This document shows, one piece after another, positions 1 to 8,151 of a stretch of 24,000 nt of DNA. The position numbers were made by a program, and so were the translations under genes. The stretch is taken from contig NBVN01000006.1 of assembly GCA_003056265.1 (NCBI GenBank), forward strand, positions 1 to 24,000. The letters are read 5' to 3'. The stretch's first letter is position 1; every line of letters starts with the position of its first letter. This stretch comes from Zestosphaera tikiterensis (GTDB lineage: Archaea; Thermoproteota; Thermoprotei_A; Sulfolobales; NBVN01). The notes under the pieces are model-generated. The model did no database searches, had not been told where the DNA came from, and worked only from the letters and a program-made list of their open reading frames with translations.

Positions 1-111
1 AAGAGCTAAAAGAGCGTTGGCTGTGGTATTCATAACCACGTAATTCGTTATGTTATGAACTAAAGGTCTTCTTACCCTAACCTTATCTAATGCTTGAGCG
101 ATCCAACCCAT
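1..111 (-). CDS. thiM: hydroxyethylthiazole kinase, N-terminal 37 codons only (gene continues past the left edge)
   Basis: Hand translation of the reverse strand from ATG 111-109 gives [37 protein letters not shown]. The RxPLVHxITNxVxxNxxANxLLA pattern is the conserved ThiM/ThiK N-terminus (compare B. subtilis ...[30 protein letters not shown]). It is absent from the ORF track because it is truncated. Confidence 0.8.
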   Translation of the reverse strand, partial: MGWIAQALDKVRVRRPLVHNITNYVVMNTTANALLAL

Positions 112-125
112 TAACGACCCCTTTT

Positions 126-176
126 GTTATCAGTAAAACAGACTTAAATAGTTATTGATAACTAAGTTATCAATAA
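126..176 (-). promoter_or_regulatory. thiM core promoter with a palindromic operator candidate
   Basis: 152-176 is a perfect 12+1+12 palindrome, TTATTGATAACT-A-AGTTATCAATAA. On the minus strand it abuts a TATA-like CTATTTAAG (151-143). A third TGATAAC half-site (132-126) lies between that TATA and the ATG at 111. Confidence 0.4.
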
Positions 177-357
177 AAACAACGCTTTACTAAGCAATAT
201 CGACTAAAGCATATATAAAAAACCCATACTGTGCCTCCCACATGAAGTTTTGAGGCTTTCGGAGCCGATGATTGATGGAGGTGTCCCGTAACCCCTTAAG
301 GAGGGGTATCGCTCAAGACCCAGCAGTGAAACCCCGCTTTTAAAAGCTGGGAGAGGG

Positions 358-2394
358 TTATTTAGGTCTCCACTTACGTAGGGTTAACGCGTATGAAATC
401 ACTGAGATATCGCTTAAAACCATGGCTAAGGCGCCGTATTCTGGCTTAATCATAAGTCCTAAGGACGGGTAGAAGAGGCCCATGGCTATAGGTAGTAAAG
501 CTAAGTTATACATGAAAGCCCACATAATATTAAAGAATATCTTCCTCCTCAGTAAGTCACTAAGTTTGAAGATGTTTATGAGGTTCCTTAAATCCTCACT
601 CACTAATATAACGTCACCGGATTCCTTAGCTATGTCAGAACCGCTACCCACCGCTATGCCTACGTTAGCTTTTGAAATTGATGCCGCGTCGTTTATTCCG
701 TCTCCAACCATAGCTACTTTTAAGCCTCTACTCTGGATTTCCTCAATAACTTCAACCTTATCGTCGGGCTTTACTTCATAGTAAACTTCATCCACGCCCA
801 ACTTAGAGGCTATCGCTTTAGCTGTAACTCTATTATCCCCGGTGATTATCACTGTTTTAACCTTACGTACCTCTTTAAGGTATTTTATGACTTCCTCAAC
901 GCCCTCCTTCAACTCATCCGTCAATACGATAAGCCCTGATACAGATCTGTTGAACGCTACGTAAATTACTGTGTTGCCGTTATTCCTCTCTACATTAGCT
1001 AAACTAACGACTTCATCAGGTATTTTAACGTCGAAGCCCTCCATTAAGTCTTCATTGTCTACGAGCACTTCAACTTCATCTACAGTTGCCATAACTCCTT
1101 GACCGGATATTGAGACATACGTCTGAGGATCTCGGCAGGAGTTATTAAGTAACTCGCTGGATTTCTTAACTATAGCCTTAGATAGTGGATGCTCACTTCT
1201 TTTCTCAGCTGAACACACGTATTTAATTAAGCTTCGTTCGTCTACACCATTCAACGCGATTATCTTAGTTACTTCAGGTCTTCCCTCAGTTAACGTGCCG
1301 GTCTTATCAAACGCTACTACGTCAACCTTGGGTAGGTCTTCAATCACGTCAATATTCTTAATCTTAATTATGAAGCCTAATTCGGAAGCCTTACCTACAC
1401 CCACGTAAACAACTATAGGTGTGGCTATACCTAACGCGCAAGGGCGTGCGGTAACTAAAGTAGCCACGCTGAAAATTAAAGCGAGCGATAAGTCTACGTG
1501 GATTAGGAAATAACCGTATATGAACGCCGCAATAGATAAAAACATAACCAACCAAGTAAAATATCCTGAGATCCTATCCACTAAACGTTGAAGTCTAGGT
1601 TTAGACATCTGCGCATATCTAACTAACTCAATAACTTGAGATAAGGTTGTGTCCTTACCTACTCGAGTTACGCGTATTTTCAAATAACCAGACTTAAGAA
1701 TCGAACCGCTGATTACGGGGCTTCTATCACTTGATTTAAACACAGGGATTGACTCACCAGTAACACAACGCCATCCACAGCGATTATATCGCCTGCCTTA
1801 ACAACAACTACATCGCCAACCACCAAGTCCTCAAGTGGGACCTCAACCTCATCTACACCGCGGATTACCTTAACGGTCTTCGGCTGAAGTTCCTTAAGCC
1901 TCTTAACGGCCTCCCCAGCTTTAACCTTCATTAATGACTCTAGATAGTTGCCTAAGGAAACGAAGGCTAAAAACACCTGCGGGTGCTTCGAAAAAACCTA
2001 GATGAGGCATTAACCCCGCTAAGGCGGCTATGCCGGCTATGTAGGCAGTTCCGACACCTAAGCTTATTAGAGAATCCATAGTTGGCGTGAGCCTAACTAA
2101 GGCTTTAAGCCCTCTGGAGAAGATCTTTAGATTAAGTAAGATCACGGCAGTCGCTGCTAATAACCCTATGTGTTCTTCATACGGGGTTGGTGGATTCCAT
2201 CCAGTCACTAAGCTTAGCATGGAGTATGTAAAGTATGTGAGACCTATGGAGAGAGTTAAAGGTACTGTAACCTTCGACTCGTGAATCTCCTTAATGAAGG
2301 CTTTCTTCTCTATGTCTATAAGATCCCTCTCAGTTAAGGACTCCGAAGCAAACCCTAAAGCCTTCAGTTTTTCTAAGATTGTGTTTACACGCAT
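358..2394 (-). pseudogene. copA: copper-translocating P1B-type ATPase core, disrupted (three frame segments: 2394-1921, 1976-1713, 1743-358)
   Basis: Motifs are present across the fragments: TM region ...TPTMDSLISLGVGTAYI, A-domain VGDVVVVKAGDIIAVDGVV, then TGESIPV, DKTGTLT, SEHPL and GDGINDA. The frame breaks at the A5 run 1969-1973 and near 1762-1764. The membrane CPC motif reads RPC (CGC codon at 1446-1444). Confidence 0.85.
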
Positions 2395-2396
2395 CG

Positions 2397-2747
2397 TTAG
2401 GGGTTGTAAACGATCTTAACGGTCTTAGTTATTGGTGATGATTTAACGTCTATAATGCCGGGCGTCTTTAATAAAGCTGTGTGAAGCGTTTCTTCATTAC
2501 CTTCCTCTAAGTCATTCGCTAGGAAGAAAGCTTCTTCCTTAGCTACGTCGTATCCAGCGTCTCTAACGGCTTTAACTACGTCTTTAAACCTCGTCTGCTC
2601 AACGTAATAGACAACAACAGCTTCCTCGGACGTTAAGTCTATTGTAAACTCTAAAACCCCGTTTAAGCCTTTAACTTTCTTCTCTATTGCTAAGGCGCAT
2701 GACGCGCAATCCATACCAACTATCTTGAACCTCTCATTAACTTTCAA
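2397..2747 (-). CDS. heavy-metal-associated (HMA) domain protein; the detached N-terminal metal-binding region of copA, which may still be expressed as a CopZ-like fragment
   Basis: GMDCASC (MxCxxC) motif in a beta-alpha-beta-beta-alpha-beta context. A second Cys-less HMA-like repeat is cut by the stop at 2399-2397, and its last helix and strand (VNTILEKLKALGFASESL) continue in the next ORF in another frame. TTG start at 2747. Confidence 0.65.
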   Translation of the reverse strand: MKVNERFKIVGMDCASCALAIEKKVKGLNGVLEFTIDLTSEEAVVVYYVEQTRFKDVVKAVRDAGYDVAKEEAFFLANDLEEGNEETLHTALLKTPGIIDVKSSPITKTVKIVYNP

Positions 2748-2834
2748 ATGTTGCTCTACCCGATATTAACGGCGTTAATGTACTTAATAAACTTATAAGT
2801 CAATCTAAAACCACGTTTAAGGGTATGAAATAAA

Positions 2835-3665
2835 GTGGGGAGTGATAGAGTAGCGCTTGCTTTCGTCGTGATTACCTCAGCTTTAGGCGGGTTTTTTAAA
2901 GTTTTAGGGGGTGTCCTATACGGATCTAAGGCTGTCTTTGTCGACGCATTAACTTCCATAGCGAATCTCTTCGCTTTACTGGTTTCCATAGCTTACTTAA
3001 GAAAGAGTTTAGAGCCTCCGGATAAAGACCATCACTTCGGCCACTATAGGATGGTTTTCGGCGGGTCTATAACTACTTTAATGACTTACTCATTCATAGC
3101 GGGCATTGCTTTAATTAAATTAACTGACTTAACTAAGTATAGCGTAGCTGTGGAAGCGCCTTTAATGGCTTTCTTAGGTGTTTTAGCGTATTCAGCATCT
3201 ATATTAACGGCTAGGAAGTTAGGGGGTGTTTTAACGCATTACGCTATATTTACAGTTAGTGAGTTAATAGAGGGTGCGGTCGTTATTTTCTCTTCGTTGG
3301 TTGGCGCCCTCTACAGCTACTTAGTAGATTACGCTGGTGCGTTATTCTTAACCCTCTACATCTTCTACGAATTGAGGAAGGTGTTTTCAGAAGTCGTTAT
3401 TAAGTTAAGTGATGTAGCACCTTCAGAAACTATATTAAGATCTATAACCAGGGCTTTCGAAAGTGAGGGGTTAACCGTCGTAGACCTTAAGCTAAGGCAT
3501 TTAAACGACGAGAAAATACATGGCGTAGCTTTAATCTCAGTGAGTTCAACCGCTTCTATAGGTGATGTAGAAGCTAAAGTCAATAAAGTTAAAAAGAAGC
3601 TTATAGAGAACTACGGAGTCGACCTAACCGTTGAGTATTCCTCCAAAGAAAGCGGCCAACATTGA
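2835..3665 (+). CDS. cation diffusion facilitator (CDF) family transporter, divergent
   Basis: Six-TM layout. The PPDKDHHFGH loop matches the CDF PxDxxHxFGH signature after TM2. There is a C-terminal cytoplasmic alpha/beta domain. GTG start. Confidence 0.7.
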   Translation: MGSDRVALAFVVITSALGGFFKVLGGVLYGSKAVFVDALTSIANLFALLVSIAYLRKSLEPPDKDHHFGHYRMVFGGSITTLMTYSFIAGIALIKLTDLTKYSVAVEAPLMAFLGVLAYSASILTARKLGGVLTHYAIFTVSELIEGAVVIFSSLVGALYSYLVDYAGALFLTLYIFYELRKVFSEVVIKLSDVAPSETILRSITRAFESEGLTVVDLKLRHLNDEKIHGVALISVSSTASIGDVEAKVNKVKKKLIENYGVDLTVEYSSKESGQH

Positions 3666-3740
3666 AACCCTAACTTACGTAGCTAGTTTAACGAAAATCC
3701 ACGTTCCACGTTCACTTAGCTTGTATATATTGTCAAGCAG

Positions 3741-5132
3741 CTATAGTAGGTAAGTAGCTACTAAGAAGTAGGATAACGACGTAGCTATATCCGCGATAGT
3801 CGTTATTAAGGGGGCGGACACTACGGCTGGGTCAACACGCATTTTAGCCAGCATTACCGGAAGTAAAGCACCGACTATGTCTGCTATGTAGCATGAAACA
3901 ATTAAAGCTAGTGAGACCACTAAAGCTATTTTTAAGGCGCCCAAAAGCGTTAAGCCACCTACGAATGATACAGCAAACCCTATGGTGAAGGCCACAGGCA
4001 TAAGTATAGTAAGCATTAAAGAAGTGACTGCGAATTCCTTCCTTAAAACCCTAAGGATGTCTTTATATGTGGGTCTTAACTCACCTAAAACAAGGCCTCT
4101 AAGCACTATAGTCGACGCTTGAGAGCCTATATTCCCTGAATTGTCGGATAGCATCGGTAGGAAAGCAGCTAATATGGCGAACCTCTCTATAGTTGATATA
4201 AATGAAGCAACTATAGAGCCCGTGATCGAATCCATGAGGTATAAGTAGATTATCATAGGGGCACGCCTTAAAGCCAGCTTAAGCGGTGATGCCGCTATGT
4301 AGCTACCCCTCAAAGCCTCGAAATAACCACCGTATTTAAGTAGGTCTTCAGATAACTCACCTACTGTGATATCTAAGACGTCGTCAAGCGTTACAACGCC
4401 TAAGAACCTCCCTTCATCATCGACCACAGGAACTTCAAGGAGATCGTAACGTACAGCAATCCTCGCAGCAACCTCTCGATCCATGTTAACATTGACTGTA
4501 GCTGGGGGTTTCTGCGAGCATTCACTTAATTTAATATGCGGAGGTTTTATAAGGAATGACTTAACCTCCACCCACCCGTAGAGCCTGCCTTTCTCATCAA
4601 CGACATATATGTAGTGGTGTTTATCGTAGAATCCCGCTTTATCTCTGGTAACGTATATGTCTCTGGCTTCGGAGACCGTCATATCTTTATTGAAGATAGG
4701 CACCTGCGTTGTCATCACACCTCCAACGCTTTCCGGGTGGTATTTAAGGAGTTTCTCTACTTCTCGTGCGCTCTCCTTAGGAAGTAAAGATAGAAGTTGA
4801 GCACGTTGTCGTGGCGTTAGCTTAAGCATTACGTCGGCGATTTCATCGTAAGGTAAGTGAGATAAAACCTTAGCTAGGTCGTCTAACCCTCTAACTAAGG
4901 TTAGTTGGTAGAAGATCTCATCAGGCATCTTAGAAAGCACCGGGGTGAGGTTGTTAAGCGATACGCGACTTAACAATTCACTTCTATAGTCCCTACCTAA
5001 ATGTATTAAAACGCTTAAAGCCGTGTAGGGATCTAACGACTCAAAAATGTTTAAGACTTCATCATAGCGGTCTTCATCGAGAAGCTCCGCTAACTGAGAC
5101 GCTATTTCCTCACCACTGGCTTTAACGCTCAC
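3741..5132 (-). CDS. mgtE: magnesium transporter MgtE
   Basis: N-terminal helical MgtE_N-like region, a tandem CBS pair (...GGVMTTQVPIF...LEVPVVDDEGRFLGVVTLDDVLD) and a C-terminal 5-TM domain with LPMLSDNSGNIGSQ. GTG start with GGTGA 7 nt upstream. Confidence 0.9.
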   Translation of the reverse strand: MSVKASGEEIASQLAELLDEDRYDEVLNIFESLDPYTALSVLIHLGRDYRSELLSRVSLNNLTPVLSKMPDEIFYQLTLVRGLDDLAKVLSHLPYDEIADVMLKLTPRQRAQLLSLLPKESAREVEKLLKYHPESVGGVMTTQVPIFNKDMTVSEARDIYVTRDKAGFYDKHHYIYVVDEKGRLYGWVEVKSFLIKPPHIKLSECSQKPPATVNVNMDREVAARIAVRYDLLEVPVVDDEGRFLGVVTLDDVLDITVGELSEDLLKYGGYFEALRGSYIAASPLKLALRRAPMIIYLYLMDSITGSIVASFISTIERFAILAAFLPMLSDNSGNIGSQASTIVLRGLVLGELRPTYKDILRVLRKEFAVTSLMLTILMPVAFTIGFAVSFVGGLTLLGALKIALVVSLALIVSCYIADIVGALLPVMLAKMRVDPAVVSAPLITTIADIATSLSYFLVATYLL

Positions 5133-5192
5133 TGATATTCACCACTATACGTTAAAATCATCACTACCGAAGGCCTCACTTTAAAGGCGGGA

Positions 5193-5213
5193 GGAAAGCT
5201 TATAAGCCTTTCC
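5193..5213. promoter_or_regulatory. palindromic TATA-containing element in the mgtE/folE divergent spacer
   Basis: GGAAAG-CTTATAAG-(C)-CTTTCC. The core GCTTATAAGC is a perfect 10-bp palindrome. The flanking GGAAAG/CTTTCC arms pair with one bulged C. It is centred about 70 nt upstream of the mgtE GTG. Confidence 0.3.
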
Positions 5214-5433
5214 CTTGTTAAAGCGAATAAACTTCAGTAGAGTTAAAAGGCCTTGAAGCTTACTTCTGAGGTTTAAGAAAGCGTTCAGTATTAACGTGGG
5301 GGGGAACACCTTAAGTTGCTCTGCCGGACATGGTTTATTAGGTCTTCCTCAACTGATTAATTATGTTTTTAGTTTATAGTTTAATTATAATCAGGGTTGC
5401 GCTATAGTAGCGTTTAACTCTAAGGTTGATGAG

Positions 5434-6057
5434 TTGAGGAGGTTTGCCGAGCTTAAGGAATTGGTTAAGAAGTTTCTTGAGTTAATAGGTGAGGATCCTG
5501 AGAGACCTGAGCTTAGGGAAACCCCCGAAAGAGTGGCTAGGATGTGGTTGGAGGAGTTGACCGTTGGCTATAGTTTAAACCCTGACGAGCAGGTTAAGAC
5601 TTTCTCGGTCAACCACGTTGGTTACGGTAGGTTCGGTAGTTTTGTTGTTGTGTCTAACGTCCCGGTAAGGTCTATTTGCGAGCATCATCTACTCCCGTTT
5701 TACGGTTACGCACACATAGCTTACATACCCAGCAATGAGGTTTTAGGTTTAAGCAAGTTCGTTAGGGTGGTTAACGTCTTTTCAAGAAGGCTTCAACTTC
5801 AGGAAAGACTCACTGAGGAAATCGCTGATTTCCTTGAGAGTAGGTTAAAACCTAAGGGGTTGGCTCTTATGGTTGAAGCCCTACATACCTGCGCCTTAGT
5901 TAGAGGTGTTGAAGAACCTTTAACCATGAGTACGGTTACCTTCAGAGGTGTTTTAGCTGAGGATACGTCTTTAAGGAGGGAAGCGCTTGAGTTATTAAAC
6001 GTTAGGAAGGTGGATTTAACGAATTACGTAAGGTATTCGCAACATAGCTATCGATGA
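5434..6057 (+). CDS. folE: GTP cyclohydrolase I (FolE type)
   Basis: The N-terminus GEDPERPELRETPERVARMW parallels B. subtilis [20 protein letters not shown]. Zinc/catalytic motifs CEHHLLPFYG and EALHTCALVRG are present, along with GLSKFVRVV and RRLQLQERLT. TTG start, the first start codon after an in-frame stop. Confidence 0.9.
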   Translation: MRRFAELKELVKKFLELIGEDPERPELRETPERVARMWLEELTVGYSLNPDEQVKTFSVNHVGYGRFGSFVVVSNVPVRSICEHHLLPFYGYAHIAYIPSNEVLGLSKFVRVVNVFSRRLQLQERLTEEIADFLESRLKPKGLALMVEALHTCALVRGVEEPLTMSTVTFRGVLAEDTSLRREALELLNVRKVDLTNYVRYSQHSYR

Positions 6058-6060
6058 TTT

Positions 6061-6324
6061 TCAACCGCCTGAAACTGGAGGGAATAGTTCAATCACGTCA
6101 TCTTTACGTAGCTTAACGTTATTGAATTCCTTCCTAGGTATGCTAGCCCCATTCACTAAAACTACGAAGTCATCTCTTCCTAGATAATGTTGAAACTTAG
6201 GGTTGAGTTCAGCTAACTTGCTGAGTAGGTCGTTTAGGTTCTCTACATCGTTTAACTCCATCACGTCATTCTTGAAGATTTCTTTAAACGCACTGTAAAA
6301 CTTAACCACAGCCACCTTAACCAC
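6061..6324 (-). CDS. MoaD/ThiS/SAMP-family ubiquitin-like beta-grasp protein (orphan copy)
   Basis: 87 aa ending ...DVIELFPPVSGG with a C-terminal Gly-Gly directly before the stop. The size and pattern are typical of sulfur-carrier or small archaeal modifier proteins. Confidence 0.75.
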   Translation of the reverse strand: MVKVAVVKFYSAFKEIFKNDVMELNDVENLNDLLSKLAELNPKFQHYLGRDDFVVLVNGASIPRKEFNNVKLRKDDVIELFPPVSGG

Positions 6325-6384
6325 CGTTAAATCTACGTTAGTAAGTTTTTTAGGTTTTGCTTCAACGAATTGGTAGGTGAGTAG

Positions 6385-7557
6385 TTGGACGTAGTTGAAA
6401 TGACGACTAAGCTTATCTCAACGCCTAGTCTGCCTGGTGATGAAGGCCGCGTTGCGGAGTTAGTTAAGGAGTTCTTAAGCTATGTGGGCGTTGATAAAGT
6501 ATTCATTGATTCTTACGGAGATGTTATAGCGGTGGTTAAAGGCGGTGGCTTAGGCTCCGTTGTAGTTGAAGGTCATCTAGACACCGTGGATGTTGGGGAT
6601 CTTAAGCAGTGGTCGGTGAAGCCTTTCTCAGGTGAGGTTATTGAGGGTAGGGTTTACGGTAGGGGGGCTGCGGACATGAAGGGAGCTATAGCTGCGCAGA
6701 TTAAAGCGTTGGAACATGTTAAAAGTCTTGATGTAGACTTATATTACGTATATACAGTTTATGAAGAGATAGCTGAGGGGGTAGCTTTAAGTCAAACTCT
6801 TAAGGAGACGTTGAGATTAAAGCCTGATGTAGTGATCACCGGGGAGGCCACGTCGTTAAACTTAGGTGTTGGTCACCGTGGAAGGTCCGTCGTTAAATTA
6901 AGCCTAACCGGTAAAACAGCACATGCTTCAATGCCTTATGAAGGTATTAACGCTTTAGAGGCTGCGGCTCAAGCGATATTAAAGGTTTCAGAACTGAATA
7001 AAGGATTGCCTACACATCCAGCGTTAGGTAGTGAGACGGCGGTTGCTACGTTAATCAATTGCAGTCCTAAGGTGCAGCCGCAAATACCTGATAATTGTGA
7101 AGTCTTAGTTGATCATAGGTTATTACCGCAGACGAAGCTCGACGATTTAATGAAGCTATATAGTAAGTTATGTAATGAAGTAACATACCTTAAAGGAGTT
7201 TATTGTGAGGCATCGATAAATAAAGAAACTTTAAAGACTTGGAGAGGTGTTGAACTAGAGGTTGTTGAGTTCTTTCCGGGATGGATTAACAACGACGTAA
7301 GTATGTTAAGAGAGGTTTTAAGGAGTGTTAAAGCTTCATATAGTAATGCCTCACGTCATTACTGGAAGTTCTCAACGGATTTAGTTGCTACGGCCGGTGC
7401 TGAAGGCATACCGAGTTTGGGGTTGGGTCCGGGGGATGAGAGGATGGCTCACAAACCTAACGAGTATGTTGAGGTTATTGAGTTAAGGAAAGCGGTTGAG
7501 ATCTACCCAAGGATGCTTAAGTCTTTAAACGATTACGTAGTTAGTAAGGCTAGGTAA
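6385..7557 (+). CDS. M20 family metallopeptidase/deacylase (ArgE/DapE/LysK-like)
   Basis: Metal-ligand motifs GHLDTV, GRGAADMKG, YEEIAEG and TGEATS are present, as is a dimerisation-domain segment GHRGRSVVKLSLTGKTAHAS. The start may be TTG 6385 (GGTGA upstream) or ATG 6400. Confidence 0.8.
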   Translation: MDVVEMTTKLISTPSLPGDEGRVAELVKEFLSYVGVDKVFIDSYGDVIAVVKGGGLGSVVVEGHLDTVDVGDLKQWSVKPFSGEVIEGRVYGRGAADMKGAIAAQIKALEHVKSLDVDLYYVYTVYEEIAEGVALSQTLKETLRLKPDVVITGEATSLNLGVGHRGRSVVKLSLTGKTAHASMPYEGINALEAAAQAILKVSELNKGLPTHPALGSETAVATLINCSPKVQPQIPDNCEVLVDHRLLPQTKLDDLMKLYSKLCNEVTYLKGVYCEASINKETLKTWRGVELEVVEFFPGWINNDVSMLREVLRSVKASYSNASRHYWKFSTDLVATAGAEGIPSLGLGPGDERMAHKPNEYVEVIELRKAVEIYPRMLKSLNDYVVSKAR

Positions 7558-7575
7558 GTTGATTAAAAACTTTGT

Positions 7576-7959
7576 TTAAGATCCTACATACGCTATAGCT
7601 TCAACCATTAAGTCAGCGTCTCTAGGTAGTGAAGCAACGCCCACAACAGCCCTAGCGGGTTTATGATCTTTGAAGAACTCACTGTAAACTTCGTTGAATT
7701 CAGCGAACTTACCCACGTCTTTCATATAGACCGTAACCTTAACTACGTTGCTGACGTCGCCACCGGCACTCTTAACTATTTCTAACACGTTATTTAAGAC
7801 GGTCCTAACAGCTTCTTTAAACGGAGTTTTAACTAACTCGCCAGTTAATGGATTTATCGGTATTTGACCAGATATGAAAACCCACCCCCCAACTACGACG
7901 GCTTGAGAGTAAGGCCCTACGGGCTTAGGGGCTTTATCCGTAAAGACGTATTTAATCAA
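7576..7959 (-). CDS. ridA: RidA/YjgF/UK114 family reactive-intermediate deaminase
   Basis: 127 aa with APKPVGPYSQAV, GQIPINP, and PARAVVGVASLPRDADLMVEAIA at the C-terminus. This is the canonical YjgF fold signature. TTG start with GGTGGT upstream. Confidence 0.9.
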   Translation of the reverse strand: MIKYVFTDKAPKPVGPYSQAVVVGGWVFISGQIPINPLTGELVKTPFKEAVRTVLNNVLEIVKSAGGDVSNVVKVTVYMKDVGKFAEFNEVYSEFFKDHKPARAVVGVASLPRDADLMVEAIAYVGS

Positions 7960-8151
7960 TTAAACCACCATTAATCTATACTCTCAGTGAGTATTAAAAC
8001 GTCACGAAATGCTAACACCTCATCAAAGCGGCTTTTATATTATCGAGGACTTAATCGTGCGTTAACTCGCTTAAGTTTATATCCATCCTTAAGACGTCTT
8101 GAACTCTTTCATTCCGCGTAAGGACGTTCGGTAAAGAGTTACCTTAGATAT

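Noticed and set aside
267-278. A C/D-box-like GATGATTGATGG on the plus strand, and GTGATGA on the minus strand at 5164-5158.
   Set aside because: Neither has a matching D box (CUGA), a C'/D' pair or terminal stem at the right spacing. The second overlaps the mgtE leader and Shine-Dalgarno region.
231-357. A possible remnant C-terminal metal-binding domain of copA downstream of its stop.
   Set aside because: Translating all three minus-strand frames gives no HMA-like (MxCxxC, beta-alpha-beta-beta-alpha-beta) sequence, and the in-frame continuation stops after 5 codons.
5191-5198. GAGGAAAG, resembling the RNase P RNA CR-I (GAGGAAAGUCC).
   Set aside because: Only 8 nt match and the following bases diverge. 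I could not find CR-IV/CR-V-like elements or a P4 pairing partner in the spacer.
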